DNA of 63,927 bases, the filler included, from Octopus bimaculoides (lineage: Eukaryota), in the NCBI RefSeq assembly GCF_001194135.2. It is 8 parts of 4 records of this genome, joined end to end, with 100 filler letters (N's around TTAATTAATTAA, not from the genome) between each part and the next. Parts side by side here need not be neighbours in the genome. Positions count along the whole stretch, not along the records: positions 62,336 to 63,927 come from NW_026392463.1; 7 more parts are not named here. One strand, 5' to 3'. The notes under the pieces are model-generated. The model ran no database searches and had not been told where the DNA came from. It saw only the letters and a list, made by a program, of their open reading frames with translations. The translations under genes were made by a program, and so were the position numbers. Shown piece after piece: positions 62,891 through 63,927 of this stretch (position 1 is the stretch's first letter; each line of letters starts with the position of its first letter).

Positions 62891-63927
62891 CTAGCCGAGT
62901 GTTGGATGCGAGAGCAGGGTTATAAGGTTGGAGATACAAAAGAGTATCTATGTCTGCTCGCAAATACAAAGGCACCTGAAGCCATTAGTAAAAACATTAG
63001 ATAATTTGCCAACACATATTCGCTCGACTATGGCAAATTAAGACTCGCTATTAATATGAATGTGTGAATGTGTATATCTTGTATGAGAATCTACTATTCG
63101 GGGGATTACCAGGTGGTGGAGAATTGAACAACCTATAAGAATAGGCACCACACACGCACGGAAGAACCGTTAGCCCCGCATATCCAAGATACACACAGTA
63201 CGGCGAGACGACCCTGCATGCACTCACCCAGTCCTCGAGCAGTGCTGGCCTGGTGGTTTATGTCGAACACCCGCTTTCTCGTGTAGGACTGAACCGGTTA
63301 TCAACTGAATCCGCCTTCCCTTCACATTTGCAGCATACGCATTTGTCAAAATTCTCTGACATATATATATATTGTTCATTTCGGGGACTGACTTTGGCCC
63401 CACAGCCCATTCCACCAAATGTTGTATATTTGTAAATATTAGACCATTTCTACATATTTTCCGCATTTAATGTTTTAAAACCTCCGTCGTTATGTTCTAA
63501 ATACCTCAGTTCTAAAACATAATGTTATGCTGGAGTAAAAAAAGCAAATACGGTAACTACCGTTAATTCAAGTAGACTGTTTCTCTGTATATTTTGACTC
63601 ATGGAATCTATAGTTTACAATATCTCAACTTCGATGATGTTAGTTTATTACATAAAAGTCACCTTATGGCAATAGTCATGGAGTGGGCTGAATGAAAACG
63701 TGTTGCATATATTATTGTTATGAAGAAGAGTATAAAATGGAAAAAAATACTCTGATAAATATAATTCTTCTACTCGATATCGAAATACTGTACTCTAGTT
63801 CTACAGTAGAAAACCAATAATGGATCTATAGTCCATTCAAATGAGAAAGAATGTTCATGGATCACGTCACTGTTTTAAAACATGTTACACGTTCTTTTGT
63901 ACGTTTTTACTGTGTGGCGAACAATTC

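Noticed and set aside
63224-63466. ORF with a downstream gtgagt donor-like site
   Set aside because: Weak acceptor, conflicting frames, no recognisable domain.

Overview
Eukaryotic, AT-rich, microsatellite-saturated and heavily gapped genomic DNA. The repeat complement points to an octopus (cephalopod) draft assembly; this is inference. The only well-supported host gene content is the last two coding exons (minus strand, 17937-18051 and 16705-16860) of an SLC17-family MFS anion transporter, and I could not find its upstream exons. The rest is mostly decayed transposable elements: (1) a full-length 5.25-kb L1/Tx1-type LINE with a 16-bp TSD, nested in one LTR of a miniature LTR-57 bp-LTR element; (2) three Penelope-like element (PLE) loci in tandem or inverted arrangements; (3) four Tc1/mariner remnants, Helitron fragments, CR1/RTE/R4-like LINE ends and many tRNA-derived SINEs. 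The most interesting signal is a set of minimal hammerhead-ribozyme motifs. One has an intact core in a PLE terminal repeat. Others sit in small inverted-terminus elements that look like MITEs but share a hammerhead-like core and a CCCTTA(A/T) terminus. All family assignments come from motif recognition by eye; no searches were run.
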